From: Balanoglossus misakiensis
Lineage: Eukaryota > Animalia > Hemichordata
Assembly (NCBI GenBank): GCA_040954595.2
Contig: CM082576.2
Coordinates: forward strand, 12,093,129-12,157,128
Reading direction: 5' to 3'
DNA: 64,000 nucleotides
A program made the position numbers and the translations under genes. Below the pieces are notes generated by a model that saw only the letters and a program-made list of their open reading frames with translations, did not search any database and was not told the origin of the DNA. Below, in pieces: positions 26,958-40,378 of this stretch. Position 1 is the first letter of the stretch; each line of letters opens with the position of its first letter.

Positions 26958-27776
26958 ATGGATCAGCAAAACAGCCGTGGGCAGAAAGACGACTTCGGAA
27001 ACATTCGCAAAATCCGCTTGCCGAGAATCTTAAATGTGTCTCCGACCGTGAAAGCGGAAGAGCAGCGGTTGCAGAAACTGAAGAATGTCATCGAGAGCAA
27101 CTACCAGTCGCAGATGTCGATCCTTCAGAGGAAGCACCGGGAAATGGGAGAAAAGCTCCAACGGGTGGAGTTGAACCAAACCGCCGAGAAAAGATCATCG
27201 CTGACGGACTCGCACTCCCTACGACTCAAGGAAGCCAAGTCCGAAGCAGCCACGTTGGCGCGATTGGCCAGGAAACCGCTGCAGCAGATAGGTGAGCTTA
27301 GTAGCGAGGACGGTGTCGACGACACCGAATCCGACGGAGACGGTGCCCAGGGACCGAAGAGAAAGCCCCGCCGTGTGACCTCTGCCAGGCTCCGTAGGCT
27401 CCGCACGCGCGGGAAAGCGGCGGGAATCGACCCCATGCAAGAGCTGGTGGACCTTGGGCTGCGGCCGCCGCAGTGCGTGTGCCCGAACGACAATTTCTTC
27501 TCGCCGCTGGGGCACGGCGGCGAAACCGAGACGGCGCCCGCACAAGGCGAGACCAAACGCAGCAGACGATCGCACAAGAAATCGCAGAACAGGGCAAAAC
27601 GCACCAGGAACGAAAATGGCGCCAAGCCACAAAATGCAGACTCGAAGAATTCCGTTCGTGGGGTGGCCGCCGACGAATCCGACGACACGAACCCGTACAG
27701 GTGTCCAAAGAGACCCCCTTCAAGATGCGAATACTACCAGACAAAGATGGAAAACTTCGACGATGATGAAGACTGA
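26958..27776 (+). CDS. Uncharacterised 272-aa protein, N-terminal coiled coil plus basic disordered tail (cluster gene 4)
   Basis: First ATG of the 281-codon ORF is at 26958 (MDQQNSRG). Coiled coil LQKLKNVIESNYQSQMSILQRKHREMGEKL. An X-box lies 147 nt upstream. Divergent from gene 3. Confidence 0.7.
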   Translation: MDQQNSRGQKDDFGNIRKIRLPRILNVSPTVKAEEQRLQKLKNVIESNYQSQMSILQRKHREMGEKLQRVELNQTAEKRSSLTDSHSLRLKEAKSEAATLARLARKPLQQIGELSSEDGVDDTESDGDGAQGPKRKPRRVTSARLRRLRTRGKAAGIDPMQELVDLGLRPPQCVCPNDNFFSPLGHGGETETAPAQGETKRSRRSHKKSQNRAKRTRNENGAKPQNADSKNSVRGVAADESDDTNPYRCPKRPPSRCEYYQTKMENFDDDED

Positions 27777-29251
27777 GACACCGGTGCACAGTAACAGCCT
27801 TTGGCTCTCAGAACTATTGTTCAGTGTGAAATTAAGACATTATGAGACACTTTTAAGTCCACGTTCATTAATTACATCATTTATTCAGTTTTACAGCGGA
27901 ATGAGGAAACATCAGTTTTTACCATTATCCCCATATATAAGAGTAAACATGTTTGCGAGAAATGAGATGTCGACCGATGTTATGACACACTGAAAATATT
28001 AAAGATCATTAAAAATGCATGATTCCAATGACGCTTGTGGTGTCTCGTTGGTATGGCAACGTCAAATGTGAATTGATTCATTACACATAACGCCAGTGTG
28101 GTGCAGGGATTAGCCAAACGCATCTTCTACCAAAACATTATATTCGCCGCCTAAAATTGTAAAGGTACACTCCCGACACGGCGTTGACAAACAATAAGAT
28201 GTCGGATATTGTCGGCTTAGAAACGAAAGCCGTTCTCACATCATGACAATATACGGAGCCTATAGCTGTGCACGTTTATCCGACCTTTGACATATACATT
28301 TTGGAATACAATAATCCAAGCTCGCAGTCAGTTAATTAGGCCACGTCATGTACTGTCTTGATAAAATCACAGTTACTAGAATATATATATCCTGACAACC
28401 TTGTGTGCAATGCACCATGGGACTTTGGTCATGGTGAATGAGAGCCTCCGTGCTGGTTCAGTGATTATGGGTGTTCCGAAATGGTGACATCAACATTCAT
28501 GTGTAGGCACGCATTGTGATGACATGTTTACGACAAGCGAAGCTAACAGGTCCGGAAAAGTCACGTGGCGAACTGTATGGTCCAGTATGGTGTCGATTTC
28601 GCGGTGGTTTTGGAAAAATAATTTGTTTTTGTTTTTTCCTTATATATTTTCCGTGCAACTGGGTTTCTTGGCCACGGACGAAATCGGAGTCAGGTTGTGT
28701 CGGGGGCAAAATCTCCGCGCTAAGTCCGCGCGTGAATGGAAATGCCAGCGAAACCAATGCGACTGCCAAATTGCATAATCTGTCAAATCAACTGGTTTGA
28801 ATGCCGAATAAAAGGAGTTGTCCGCGACGTGCTACATTCCATGTACCGAAGGCTCTGCTTTTCATAATAAAATAATGGTCCCATATTAATTAAAACGCAA
28901 AAAGAGTTTTCGGTAACACAACCATAGAGATATTGGTTTTTGGTGACCTTTGCATTGTACGGCAATTCACACTGTCCATCCGTCATCAAGATCTCTCCGT
29001 TGCTGAAGTATGCGGCTTACTCTACCACCGACGTTAATATGAAAATATAATCGCAAGAATTCAATTTTCACAAATGTTGTTTCGTATATTGAAGCGTGGC
29101 AGTTCTGTGCACGTTTTCTTGATCTTACGACAATCACAGCCTTGCAGCTGGTCGGTGGCAGCATTACCAAACAGTCACAGAAAAATGCCTGGTGGTTAAA
29201 TAGAAGTTGATCCTTTTCATCCCCCTGTGCCATCGAATAAAAAACCCGTCT

Positions 29252-31195
29252 TTATTCCATATCGGTTTTTAACGCTGGTAATTTTGTAACGTTCCCGCTC
29301 TCGCTGTTCGACAGACTGTGCGATCTCGGAGATGTGCTGCTGCTCTGCGGCTGTATCTTCAAGCCCGGGTCGACTCTCCGTGCCCCGGCGCCGCCGACGT
29401 TCACGTTGCTACCGGTGTGGCGTTTCTTGACCTCCCTGACGCGGCGCAACCAGTTCTCGCGGCCCGCCTCTTCCCTGGTGGCGGCGTGGCGCACCGAGGG
29501 GAACGACACACGAGACTTGCTGGCGTTGTTCCTCTCCCTGTGCTCGTCTAGCGAGTCCCTTCCGCCCGACTTGTCTGTTGTCCTGGACGGAGCGATCTCG
29601 GCGATCTTGTTGTTGAGGCTAGCCTCACTGTCCGCCTTCTTGAGGCAACTCTTCAACGGGCTGTTTTTACTTGATAGACTTTTATCGCCGCTTTCAAAGC
29701 CCTTGGTGAATTTTATGTACCGTTTACTCGACGGATGCACGGCCAACTCCGGTAGAAAAGTGACGTGGTACTTGGACTTGTCGCCGGCGTTCTCCTCGTT
29801 ACCAGTCAGAGGCTTACCGTAGATGTGCTTCGCTCTCTCATATTTTGTGCCGTCATCAAACGGATTTGTCCACATTTTCAGCCGGTCCTTCTCGAGCGGC
29901 GGCAGTCTGAACTCCAAGTTGACCTGTTTCACCAGGCCGTCAACGTGTCTCTGGGATATCGTCTTTCGCGCCCTCCTGATCTGAGACTCGGTCCTCTCCG
30001 ACGCCTCGTCGCCGCCGAACCCATCGGCGGGTTCCCTGTGCTCGCCTCGCAGGACATACTTGTGCTTTTCGTTCCTACGCTGCAGTTCCTGCGCCCGCTC
30101 CGTCAGGGTGAACTTGAGCTTCTCCTTGTAGCCCTCCAGGAGCTCGAGCGAGCGGCGCAGCCTCTTCTCCTGCCTCCTGAACTTGCACACCTGTAGAGTT
30201 TTCTCCACCTCGAGTTGTTTCAGAATGACGTCCAGTCGCGTTTTCTCCAGTTCGTTCATGAGGGTGGCGTCCGAATGCATTCTGTTTCGCCTCTTCAGCA
30301 GCGAGGCGTACCTGTCCTCCAGGCTACCTCTGGCGCGTCTGACGTCGCTGTTGCTCGATTCAGACAGTGCGCATGCCTCGAGAGGGTCCGGAAATTCACC
30401 TGCGTTTGGAAGGCAAAGGAAAGTGTATTAAGGACTGGCAAAGTGTAGGCATGTTAATTATTTACACATGTTGCCAGGGGCCAGCAAGTGACGTTTGCGA
30501 GGCCTACACCAAACACTGTGACTCCCATCTCACCTTCATCATATTTGAACTCTCGATTTTTTTATCTTTATAGTTTGGCCTACAAAGTTACCTGTCGATA
30601 AAGAAAATGTCAATAATGTCGATCCGGCCTTCTGGTGACAATGGTCGAATCATTGCGTCGCCCATAAAACAAAACTACAGAATGCACGTAAAATGTTATA
30701 GTCTTTGGACGGCGATGGTTAACTAACATGTAGCGAGGTTCTTTGTATTTTAACGGCGGTTGGTTTGGAACCAAACTCGCGTGGCTTAGCGCAGGTACCA
30801 GCTAGTTGCTTAGTCACACAATGACAATACGTGTACTATTATACCGTGACAAGATACTGCATTGATTTTAAGTGCAAGCATAGAGCTTGCAGACGATAGC
30901 TGTTCAATAAGACTTTTTCAAAACGTGAGGGAAGGTTCGCTAGCTTGCTGAAGAATCACAGATAAAGGATGAAAATAATCTCAACGCCCACTGCCATTTT
31001 AAACCGAGACATACCATCAGCGTTACCCGAACCCTCATCATCGGCGCGGGTACGGTCTCCTACGTCACCACCTTGGTAAATCGGGACTTCACTATAAAAC
31101 CACGTCGACGGCTTCACAACCGTTCCCTTGAGCAGCGCTTTGGATTCCGATTCGCGGACGGAGTGATCCGGAGCTTCGAAAAGGATTTCTGGCAT
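29252..31195 (-). CDS. Uncharacterised ~442-aa coiled-coil/disordered protein, two coding exons 31195-31015 and 30399-29252 (cluster gene 5, CCDC190-like)
   Basis: The 342-aa ORF stays open upstream to an acceptor (ttccaaacgcag, exon start 30399, phase 1). Upstream ORF 30956..31216 has a phase-1 donor GATG/gtatgt at 31015, so the phases match. Contains NELEKTRLDVILKQLEVEKTLQVCKFRRQEKRLRRSL, FRLPPLEK, HVTF and RVSF. Confidence 0.72.
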
Positions 31196-32466
31196 CTCGA
31201 CATGTAAAGTATTCAAGATTAAACCATGCCACCTGACGTCACCATCAGAAAAATCCGCGTTGACTGTCTAGGCCCACGGCGGCTCAGACTAGACGGTCAG
31301 ACCTGACTTGAGTCCGGTGCGAAACGTTCCCTGTTTATATGGGTCTTAGCGTTTAGCTGTTGCGTATTATCACGTTAGCGATGCTTTGTCCGCATTGTTC
31401 TCTGCAGAGGCCGGTCGATTCAACCTGTCCCGGTCTTTGTCTGGAAACTAACACACTTACTAATAAATGAACCGTTATGGCGTTACGCAAGCGAGCAAAT
31501 TTCACCCCGTCTGAATTAATAAATCACGAAAACCCTTCGCAAAAACATGACGCATTTCCGCAGCAGTCAAATACACATCGATAGCACACTTTGGTCAAAG
31601 ATGCTCAAATTGGGATATTTATTAATTAAGGTAGTATGCGCATCGACAATCAGAATCTTTAATACGTTTCTCGTATTATGCTCTTTTAAGCTTAAGTCGA
31701 GAATTAAAAAAATGGTGTCACAGTGCAAAATTTTGAATGAGACAGCAAAAGTGTCTCAAATTTGAAATTCAAAATGGCCGCCATGGCAGTGTTTGGAGAG
31801 AATGTATAAGTACGTAGTGATTTTTATGAGAAAATAACGGCAAACACAATGTTTTCTTCTTTGTTTTCAAAAATATTACTTACAAAACCTTAGAATCATA
31901 ACAATAGGGTCTTGTATAATTTACAAAAAAGTAGACATTTCCCCAGTTAAATGTTCATGTACACTTCATAAAAGAAACTCATATAAGTTTTTTAAATTGC
32001 TGATTACCTCGTTTCAACCATTTGTACGTCGTTGGGCTTTGGTGGAAATACATCTTGACGGACTCGAACGCGACCGAGGGAAAATGAAAAATACCGTCGA
32101 CTGTGGTCCTCAGCTCACGGAACTGGGTTTTATCTGATCAGAAGTAGCCGTACGTTGACCCCCAATATCCAGAGCTTAAACTTTTCTCGACGAGTACTTT
32201 AGCGTCCAATAGATAGATCTGCTACGTATGTGGCTCGCGAAGGTACATCCATGGGTTATTCGCCGAAATCTGACTGACCATGACCAAGAGAGGAATATCA
32301 AAAGTAGAGCTGGCGCCCTTGATAGTGAGTGTCGGAGTCTGCCACGCAATTATGAAAAATCACCGCATCAAGTTTGTTGTTTTCTCAATGGAAGAAAGCT
32401 ACTCCTTGCCCGTAGTTTTCAACCCTGAGTGACTAGTGTAAACTAATATCAATCGAAATGTACACA

Positions 32467-32480
32467 GTAACCCAGGTGAC
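32467..32480. promoter_or_regulatory. X-box-like GTAACCCAGGTGAC upstream of cluster gene 5
   Basis: GTNRCC-NN-RGYRAC pattern. Confidence 0.35.
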
Positions 32481-33383
32481 AGAGCACCAGTCAATTAACA
32501 GTCTGTGCTATTACAATGCCCGAGGTAGGCTACCCGATATTGCTTTTCCACACAGCTGATTGTGTGGCTTTAAGAAGATCGGAAAATGATCAGGGTGCCA
32601 CGGTGTAAATGGCATTGATATATACCCTGCTTTGAAATACCATATACAACGTTTACAACAAAGTGATTGTTGCCCCTGTCATGGTGGTAGCTCCATCCCG
32701 TGCCTCTGTACGCACCAAACCAAGCGTATATACACGTATTGAACGGCGACGTCTAATCGTGAACTATAGAAGACAACTTGAACCATCACGCATGCGTCAC
32801 CATGTATATATTGGAATCGCGTGAGGTATCGAACTATTTTCCGCCAATATTTTAATGTCTTTCGTTTCAGCCTTTGTCCGCGTTCCTGAGAAGCACTATG
32901 TGCAGATATGTGTCGACTGTAATGACAGGGCAACGTAATAGAGTATTATTATTTTTTCATCTATCCATCCAGCAGCAACGTTCTATCAAAACTATCTTGG
33001 AACTGCTTGACGGTTGACTTAGAAACCACACAGCTGGGGATGATATGATCTAAATAAAAAAAATCGGAGGAGTTTGATTTAAGGATTAAAAATCAGCTTC
33101 CACCAACTGGAAGTGGCTCTCCTTGTTTCTATTTTTTACCGCCACTGCGATGAAAATCGTTGGATTGTACCCGAGCAATCATGAGCTCAGTGAAAGTGCC
33201 GCTGTCGTTTATTTCCAGCAGAAACACTTGGAGGAAATTAAACTCTGTTAAAAACGTAGCAACCGACCTAGAAACCGAATGGCTTCATTACACGTCACAG
33301 CAAAATGTGCTGCAAGCGGGTGGTTTACAATGTGTTACACAGACGCGTTTCTACCTGGGTTAATTGCAATGTCTGGGCCCTTA

Positions 33384-33569
33384 GGGCCTGGACAGAATTA
33401 TCGGGGGAGGGGGGGGGGGCTGGTGCGATTTGGATTTTTTTTACATTTTCCCAATAAAATGGCAATATCAGATATAGCTGATATGGTAATGTTAAAGAAA
33501 ATATAATATTTTTCGTTCACTATATGAAAAAAAGCCCACTCTCCGAGTCAGTAACTTCTGTCCAGGCCC
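33384..33569. mobile_element. 186-bp MITE, Tourist/PIF-Harbinger-like
   Basis: Perfect TIRs GGGCCTGGACAGAA ... TTCTGTCCAGGCCC, flanked by TTA / TTG (imperfect TWA TSD). Confidence 0.7.
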
Positions 33570-36420
33570 TTGAGTGATCGTGTAAATGATTCCTTACTTT
33601 TTTTTATTAAATGAATAGAATGCGCAGCGTCTTCGTTTTACTTTATTTTTCGTCAAGGTCATTTTTTCTCCAATTGCCATCATCATGCTGAATACGACAA
33701 AGGCTCTATGAAATCATCTTTAATAATTAAACGCTAATAAACGTATAAGTCATTGATCGAGATGATAATACTGAAGCACTGTAAACTGGATATTAAAGCA
33801 GAACCGACGAATCTGAACTAGTGATCATGTTTTAGCATTTTTTTCAAGCAAAGGAAGACTCACGATTTTGAGTTATTTTTGGACACCCAGTCATTGCTTG
33901 AAAAAAAAATGACAATACAGAGTGCGTATGGTGCATGAAATTATCCCAAAATAGATCCAATCGTGCTGCGGCTAGAGAATGATCATTTTTAATAACCTGC
34001 GAGTGTTTAATATTTATATTGAACTTGAGAATCGTTTTGTCTACAGGTCAATTTTCTGCGCTCTACAGCAAATGTGAAGCAAATCTCGAGCATCGAACTC
34101 CAAAGCCCGGATATTAATTTCCATTTACAAGAAAATGACCACGGGAAAGCACCATTCAAATGATTGTCACGATCTTCATGAACATACGTACGTGTACAGG
34201 TGATTCTCGAATCATAAGACGCTGGAAATCTTACCTTGTCTCTACAAAACGACAATCCGATGATATCATACACCTGGGTGTCGATTCGAAAATACCTTCA
34301 GATCGACCGTTTCAGCCGTTGCCATCCCTTTCGACGCGCAGGGCAATTTGCATGGCGCGGCGATTATTACCGGCAGATAACTGCCACTTTTGAATTTTTC
34401 ATGCGCTTTTGCATTATGACGACTCGGCGACCAGAACGGCAGCACTCAACGTCGAAGTTCCGTTTCGTGTATTATGGCTGCATTGCGTCACTTTGCTGCA
34501 GAATGTATGGGACACCTGCTTCCGTCCGACTGCGGGCTGAACGGTATAACACGTAGGCCTTTGCTCAGTCGCGGGGGAATGTGTTCCTGGCTTTACGCAC
34601 GGGATTTACGGAGAGGGTGTTTGGCATGACAGAAAATGAACTCTTAAATAAGTGGACGAGATTCGCAACTACTTAAATGCATTGGACCCAGGCTGCCAAA
34701 AGGAAAAATCAACAACATCATAAAAAAGAGTGAGCTTCTGGGTTACTGCATGTTTTAATATACTCACATATATACTCACATCATCAACAAATACACCTTT
34801 TTAACCTTCAAAGATAATTACCGGGTTCTATTCTTTTACACCATGACAGCATTACAAGAGTCAGTCACACAGACAGCCAAGCTAATTTTATGAAGTATAC
34901 AAATGTTTTAATCGCTCTTATTTCAGTAAATGTATCTGGCTAGTTCATAGATCCACGCAAAGAACATCTGGAGGTACAGGGTAGTTGCAAAAATGTACAC
35001 CTGGTGCATGTGGTGGGAATTTCATTACGTCTACTTCGACCCCATCTCCCATTCCCATTAATCGTGGATACCATACAAAAGCTTCTCTTGTGTTCCAAGT
35101 GACGTTATCATTTATGATCGAACAAAATATTTACAAGTGATAGAATTTCATCCATGCAGTTCTGTCATGGTATCTTGACAACCACAGCTATAGACACTAT
35201 AGATACATCTTAGAAAAGCTGTCTTTACAACCACTGAAATGATTGCCTCATTTCTGAAACTCAAAGTGTCATTTCTGCTCAAAATGCCTTGTTGCAAATA
35301 TGGCAGTGTGAGTTTAAGGTGGGCGCAATCAAATTATTACATATTGTGGTGTTTGTTAACAGAAGCTGCATTGGTCTTGTTTCAAACATTCGGCGAGGAA
35401 AAGAAATCTGTAACATTGATACCCGCTTATCTGACCAGCTTTGACACTTGCATTGTACATTGTATGTTCATTATAATCTCAGATGGTGCCAAAAAAGTGC
35501 CAAACAGATAAAACACAGAAAACACAAAACTTTCACATTAAATTGCCAAGAATATAGTTTGGTAAATGCCCTCACATAACTGCACAAAAGTAAAACAAAA
35601 TTCACAGACTCTAATTTCATAAACTAAACCTTCGATAAAACGGCGGGGTCTGTACTAGACTGCAGCGGGTTTTGCGTAACAAATTAGAATACGCACATGA
35701 ACATTTACAAACTAAAATGTATATTGTACATGACCACACAAAAAGAAATTTCTTTCTCAATAGTTAGTTGCATTCATATTATTCTACAAGTCCCTATGAA
35801 ATGTGTTGACTGTCTCAGTGATCATTCAAAAGTGGAGTTGCACCAACAGAAATCTGGTTATGTACAATTTCAACTTGTCAGACCTGGGACAAATCTGTGT
35901 ACTTAGCTCATGACCAGGTCAACTACAGTACTGATAAGGGGTGAAGAGGTCACGTCTTCTTAGAAATCCTAGGGTGGAGGAGGGGGATGTTTCCCCATCA
36001 CCACCCATATCAAAATTTGAGTAGTGAAGTCCTCATAGTTGTGTGGGAAATCACTTATACCTAGTAGCTGCCTTATGGGATCTGCTGTATCTTGCGACTA
36101 CATTTTAGTACATAAGTTAACAATTCATGAATAAGTTTTCGGAATGGACATAAAACGCTAAACTAGCTTCAAGCTTTTCGATATCTACATGTACATGTAT
36201 TTGAAATTTGATTGCATTGTATTTCTCAAAACTAATCGCCAAGAGCATAAATCTATTTCAAACACACTTAAAAACAAAAATAAAAGACCTGAAATTCCTT
36301 TACAAGTGAAATCTTCATGGACATCTTAATATAACAATTCTATTTCCCACACAACTCACAATATGTACACACAAACACCATAGTGTATTCTCACAAACTC
36401 TTAAACTTGGCATTGATAGT

Positions 36421-39400
36421 CTAGTAGTAGTCCCTGTATTTTTCCATCAAATTCTTGGCCTGCATGTGTGCATCAGCTTCCTGGAATGAGCAAATAAACA
36501 AAAACATGTCAATTCAAAATTATTTTCTAACCTTAAATTTGTATCTTGGCTAGGAGGTTATCCAAAGATTGCTACAGAAGAAGGGTTTGGTTAAGAGAAT
36601 GTCATTAGACTGTGTGGGTTTTCACTGACTTGTGGATGATCAAACTAGAATTATCAAGTCCCTGGCTTAATTACCTCTTCGCTCTCACTTGGCATTTGCA
36701 GGCATTTTTCCAACCACATCCTTGCATAGACGTAAGATGCTTTGTAGATATAGCACTGAAAAGAAAACAAATAGACTATTGATTTGAGAAAGCTATTTCA
36801 TCTTTGTCACAAATTTCAAATACTATTAAAACAGAGAAAATGGAACCAAGAAAAATAATTCAGTGTGTCTCATTTTTATTCTACTTGATAACTTTTACAT
36901 TGTTTACCTTAGCTAGATATAGTGAATTAGTCTTCCAAAAGCCTGGTTCCAAGTTTTCTGCTTGCAGGAAATAATCCATGGCCTGGTCCACTGTAGCCGT
37001 AGGGGGTGTAGCATACAATGCAGCCGCAGCTTTCCTTTCCAACCAGCTCAGCTGTGCAACCTAGGTATGAAAGCAAACCAGTTGATACCCAGGAACTGTC
37101 ATCTTGATATGAAGTATTTCTAAATACATGTACTCTAAACAGTGGTTTAATCCCACAAAATGTTCATGCATTTCTTCACTATATCAAAGCATACAGCTGG
37201 TACAATTACTCACCTCATAACACCATCGTCCCATGAAGTGCCTGAGGGCCGCCTCGTTGGGACGTAGCCTTATTGCTTTCTCTATGTGATCCTAGGAAAG
37301 ACAAAATCAGCCGCAAGTAAGATGCTAATCGAAGACACTGATAACCACAAATGATAAGCATAATTCATTGTAAGTGCTTTTAATACACAGGCAATCAGAC
37401 ATAACAGTTCAGAATACAATCATTCAATATTTAGCTTTCACCCTTTGACCATGATTTGGCCGAAATTTGAATAATGTGTGGTTCACTAATGTAGATACAT
37501 GTTCAACTAATATCTATACACAACAATGGACAATACTCTCTAACAACTTTGTTCTCAACTGTCTATGATAACAGCATACCTTGAAAATGAAACCATTTTG
37601 GATTTTTTGCTGAGTTGGTTCATAATCACCGGCGCTACCCAGACACAGTGCATACCATTTGTGGGCATTTGAACTGTTATCATCTTCCATCAACGCCATG
37701 TGTGCATAGTCCTTCCCTGAAAGAGATTTCAATGGATTTCTCTGAGGAATTTCATAGTGGCGATGTGTATACAGACTGGTAATCTTTATCTGCATGGGTT
37801 TCTCACCAAATAAAGCACAAAATAATCTGAAAAGATGTCCATGATTGTTCATTTGAAATGCGAGGCATGTTTACTGCCCCAGACTGATATCAATTTGCTG
37901 TCCTCTGGGAAAAACATTCTATTCTTGATTAAAGTCATCCAAAGTGCATGTCAGGGCAGATACTGATATGGGCCACCCTGACAGAGCAAATCTAATTATA
38001 AAATGGGACTATCGCCCAGATTACGTATCAGTTCCATTATCGAAAGTAAAGGAGTATACGTCTCAAACCTGCATATAGAAGTTCTTTCCTCTTGTCATCG
38101 TTTCCCCTGGCTTTTTCTACGTCCCCGACAAGCATACACTGCCTGGCCAGTCGCCATAGTAATTCTACATTTTTCGAGTACTGAAAATGATCATGAAATG
38201 GAGTGAAAGGTTTACTAGTAATTCCTTGCGAAACTGCAACAATCTTTATTACTGTTACTCAAATGTCTGGTTTTGATGATGCTTGGCATTTTGTTCCTTC
38301 ATAAACTGATGCATTATCGTGCAAACTGACTGACCTGTGGATAATGTTCTCTCAGAAGTTCTAGAGCTCTGATTTTCTCGTCGTCGCTTCCTTTGTACAG
38401 GGTCTCCACCTCCTGAAAGAGATTCTTCAGCGTTTCATCTTCTATCTGATCAAAGCTTTCCTGAGCATCTTTGTAAAGCAGTGCATCTGGAGGAGTTGTG
38501 TACCTGTGGAGAGGGCAGTGATGGGTTTATTTCAAGAGAAAACCTTGGCACAACCATGGATAAGACCATCCTGTAACCTGACTGGACATTTGTAGGTTAG
38601 ACTTAGAGGCTTCATCAAACCCCCTCCCCTTCAACCAAGCCAAGGATAATTTTAGAAAATGATTTTAACTTTGCCATAACAAAGAGTAATTGCTATTGTA
38701 TGATTAATTGGTTATATGAAAGCTGAACATCTGGACGGGGAATTTGTAAACTTCTTTAGTCTGACTCTGAGGACATAATAAATACAATAACATCTTCCAA
38801 TCCAAACATTCTTTCAAATGTCATTCCTTCATATTGTAAAGAATTAATGAAGAAATGACTGTAAGGCTATATAATCCTGGTCCCTCAGTTTGGCATGTCT
38901 GTAGTGTTACTGGACTCTCCAGCCCACTTGTATAGGCAACATTGTCACCTATCTGATGCAAATGGCTTGTTAACTTTCCAGCTCTTACCTCACAATTACT
39001 ACAAGTTTTCCATTAATAAAAAGCAACAAAGGTATGAAGAAACCATGGAGTGAGTATTTACCATGTATATCTATTGTCATCAAACAGAAACCGCCTAATT
39101 CCAAATCCAAAATCCATTTTTCAGGTGCGTGGTACATATGTGCACATGTGCAATGTTACGTTTGAGTGTTGGACACCAAACTAAGTTAATCATTACTTAT
39201 TCATACAGTACTGTTGTCAACGAGACTGTTTAGATAAAGTCTGATTCAAACTAGAATCTTGACACACAGCATAATCAAAGGTATGACTATCCTATCATTC
39301 GATCAGGTTTTACTTTGTCAAAAAATAGTGTTCTTTTATAATATTACAAGCTTCATACAACTTTAATAACAAACTAATGTATAGTTAAATAGCTGACAAT

Positions 39401-40378
39401 TTACTTGATATTTAACCTCAGATAACCTTTACCCTAGTACTCTTTAGTTGCCTTTTGACCTTTGACTTCAAACCTTAGTTGTTTCATACAAAAGTTGAAA
39501 GTCTATTTCTTGATCCTGGGATGCTTATTCATTGAGGACAGAGTCAAAAGTCCAATGTAAAAAATACCAACAACTTATTTTTTCCAACAAGTAATGCCCC
39601 AATCCCCCTTAGATAATTAATAAAATTACGGTTATCTTAATGTACATGAGAAATATATTGAAATATGATTCTCAAGTTCAATAAAGGTCAACAGTCTCTG
39701 TTATGATGCGAAAACTGGGTCACTGACAGCTTCAAATTTATTTACACAAAACATTCCAATCGACTGAGTTTCAACAAAACCTCTTTGTTTCTTCTTCATT
39801 TTAAATTGAATCCCACACTGATGAAGCTCATCATCTCAGGTTTTAAGAGCACATAGTCACCTGTTAAACCACCTGTATGATTTTCATCACGTAAAATATC
39901 TTACCAGGTTTCTTTCCTCTCAGATTACTGCTTACAGATTATTTATGAAATATTCAACAATTTTTGTACATATATTATTACACATATATCACATGTCACG
40001 TGAAGAGACCATTAGTGATGTTGTTTTCAAAAACTCTAATAATTGGACAAGCATTGAGATAATTTACCACTCCAAAGCTTCTTCGAATTCCTCTTCATCT
40101 TCGCCGCTGGAAGGATTTGCCGAGAGGTATTCCGAACCACCTGTGCTACTTCTGCTGAGACCTGAACCACTTCTATTTCGCCTCATCGAGATCGAGTTCG
40201 ACTCTAGTTTTTCCTTCATCTGCAGCCATTCCTGCCGCAGATACTCCACGGCCGCCCGCAGTCGGCGCACCTCTCCGAAGACAAACCATCGGTCGATGAT
40301 AAACGCGGCGCCCGCTCCGATTGCTATGCCAACCCCTAAAGCAGGGAGGTGTCGTCCGACGGAGTACCCAAATGGCAT
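36421..40378 (-). CDS. RMDN3: Regulator of microtubule dynamics protein, RMDN3/PTPIP51 (RMDN2/3)-like, ~366 aa
   Basis: Exons (minus strand): 40378-40068, 38503-38335, 38180-38069, 37716-37580, 37291-37214, 37060-36908, 36755-36675, 36480-36421. All introns are GT-AG and phase-compatible. Architecture is TM (LGVGIAIGAGAAFII), coiled coil, acidic FFAT-like region, then TPR region with LLWRLAR, AHKWYA, KIQNGFIFKDHIEKAI, GRWCYEVAQLSWLERK and FLQAENLEPGF. Confidence 0.92.

Noticed and set aside
31720-31800. AAATTCAAAATGGCCGCC-type motif, with a similar inverted one near 59700
   Set aside because: Probably fragments of an interspersed repeat, but boundaries and TIRs could not be defined from the sequence alone.
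39905-39930. Possible RMDN micro-exon with a good donor (minus strand)
   Set aside because: The 23-nt candidate would break the frame between exons 1 and 2, which already join in phase.
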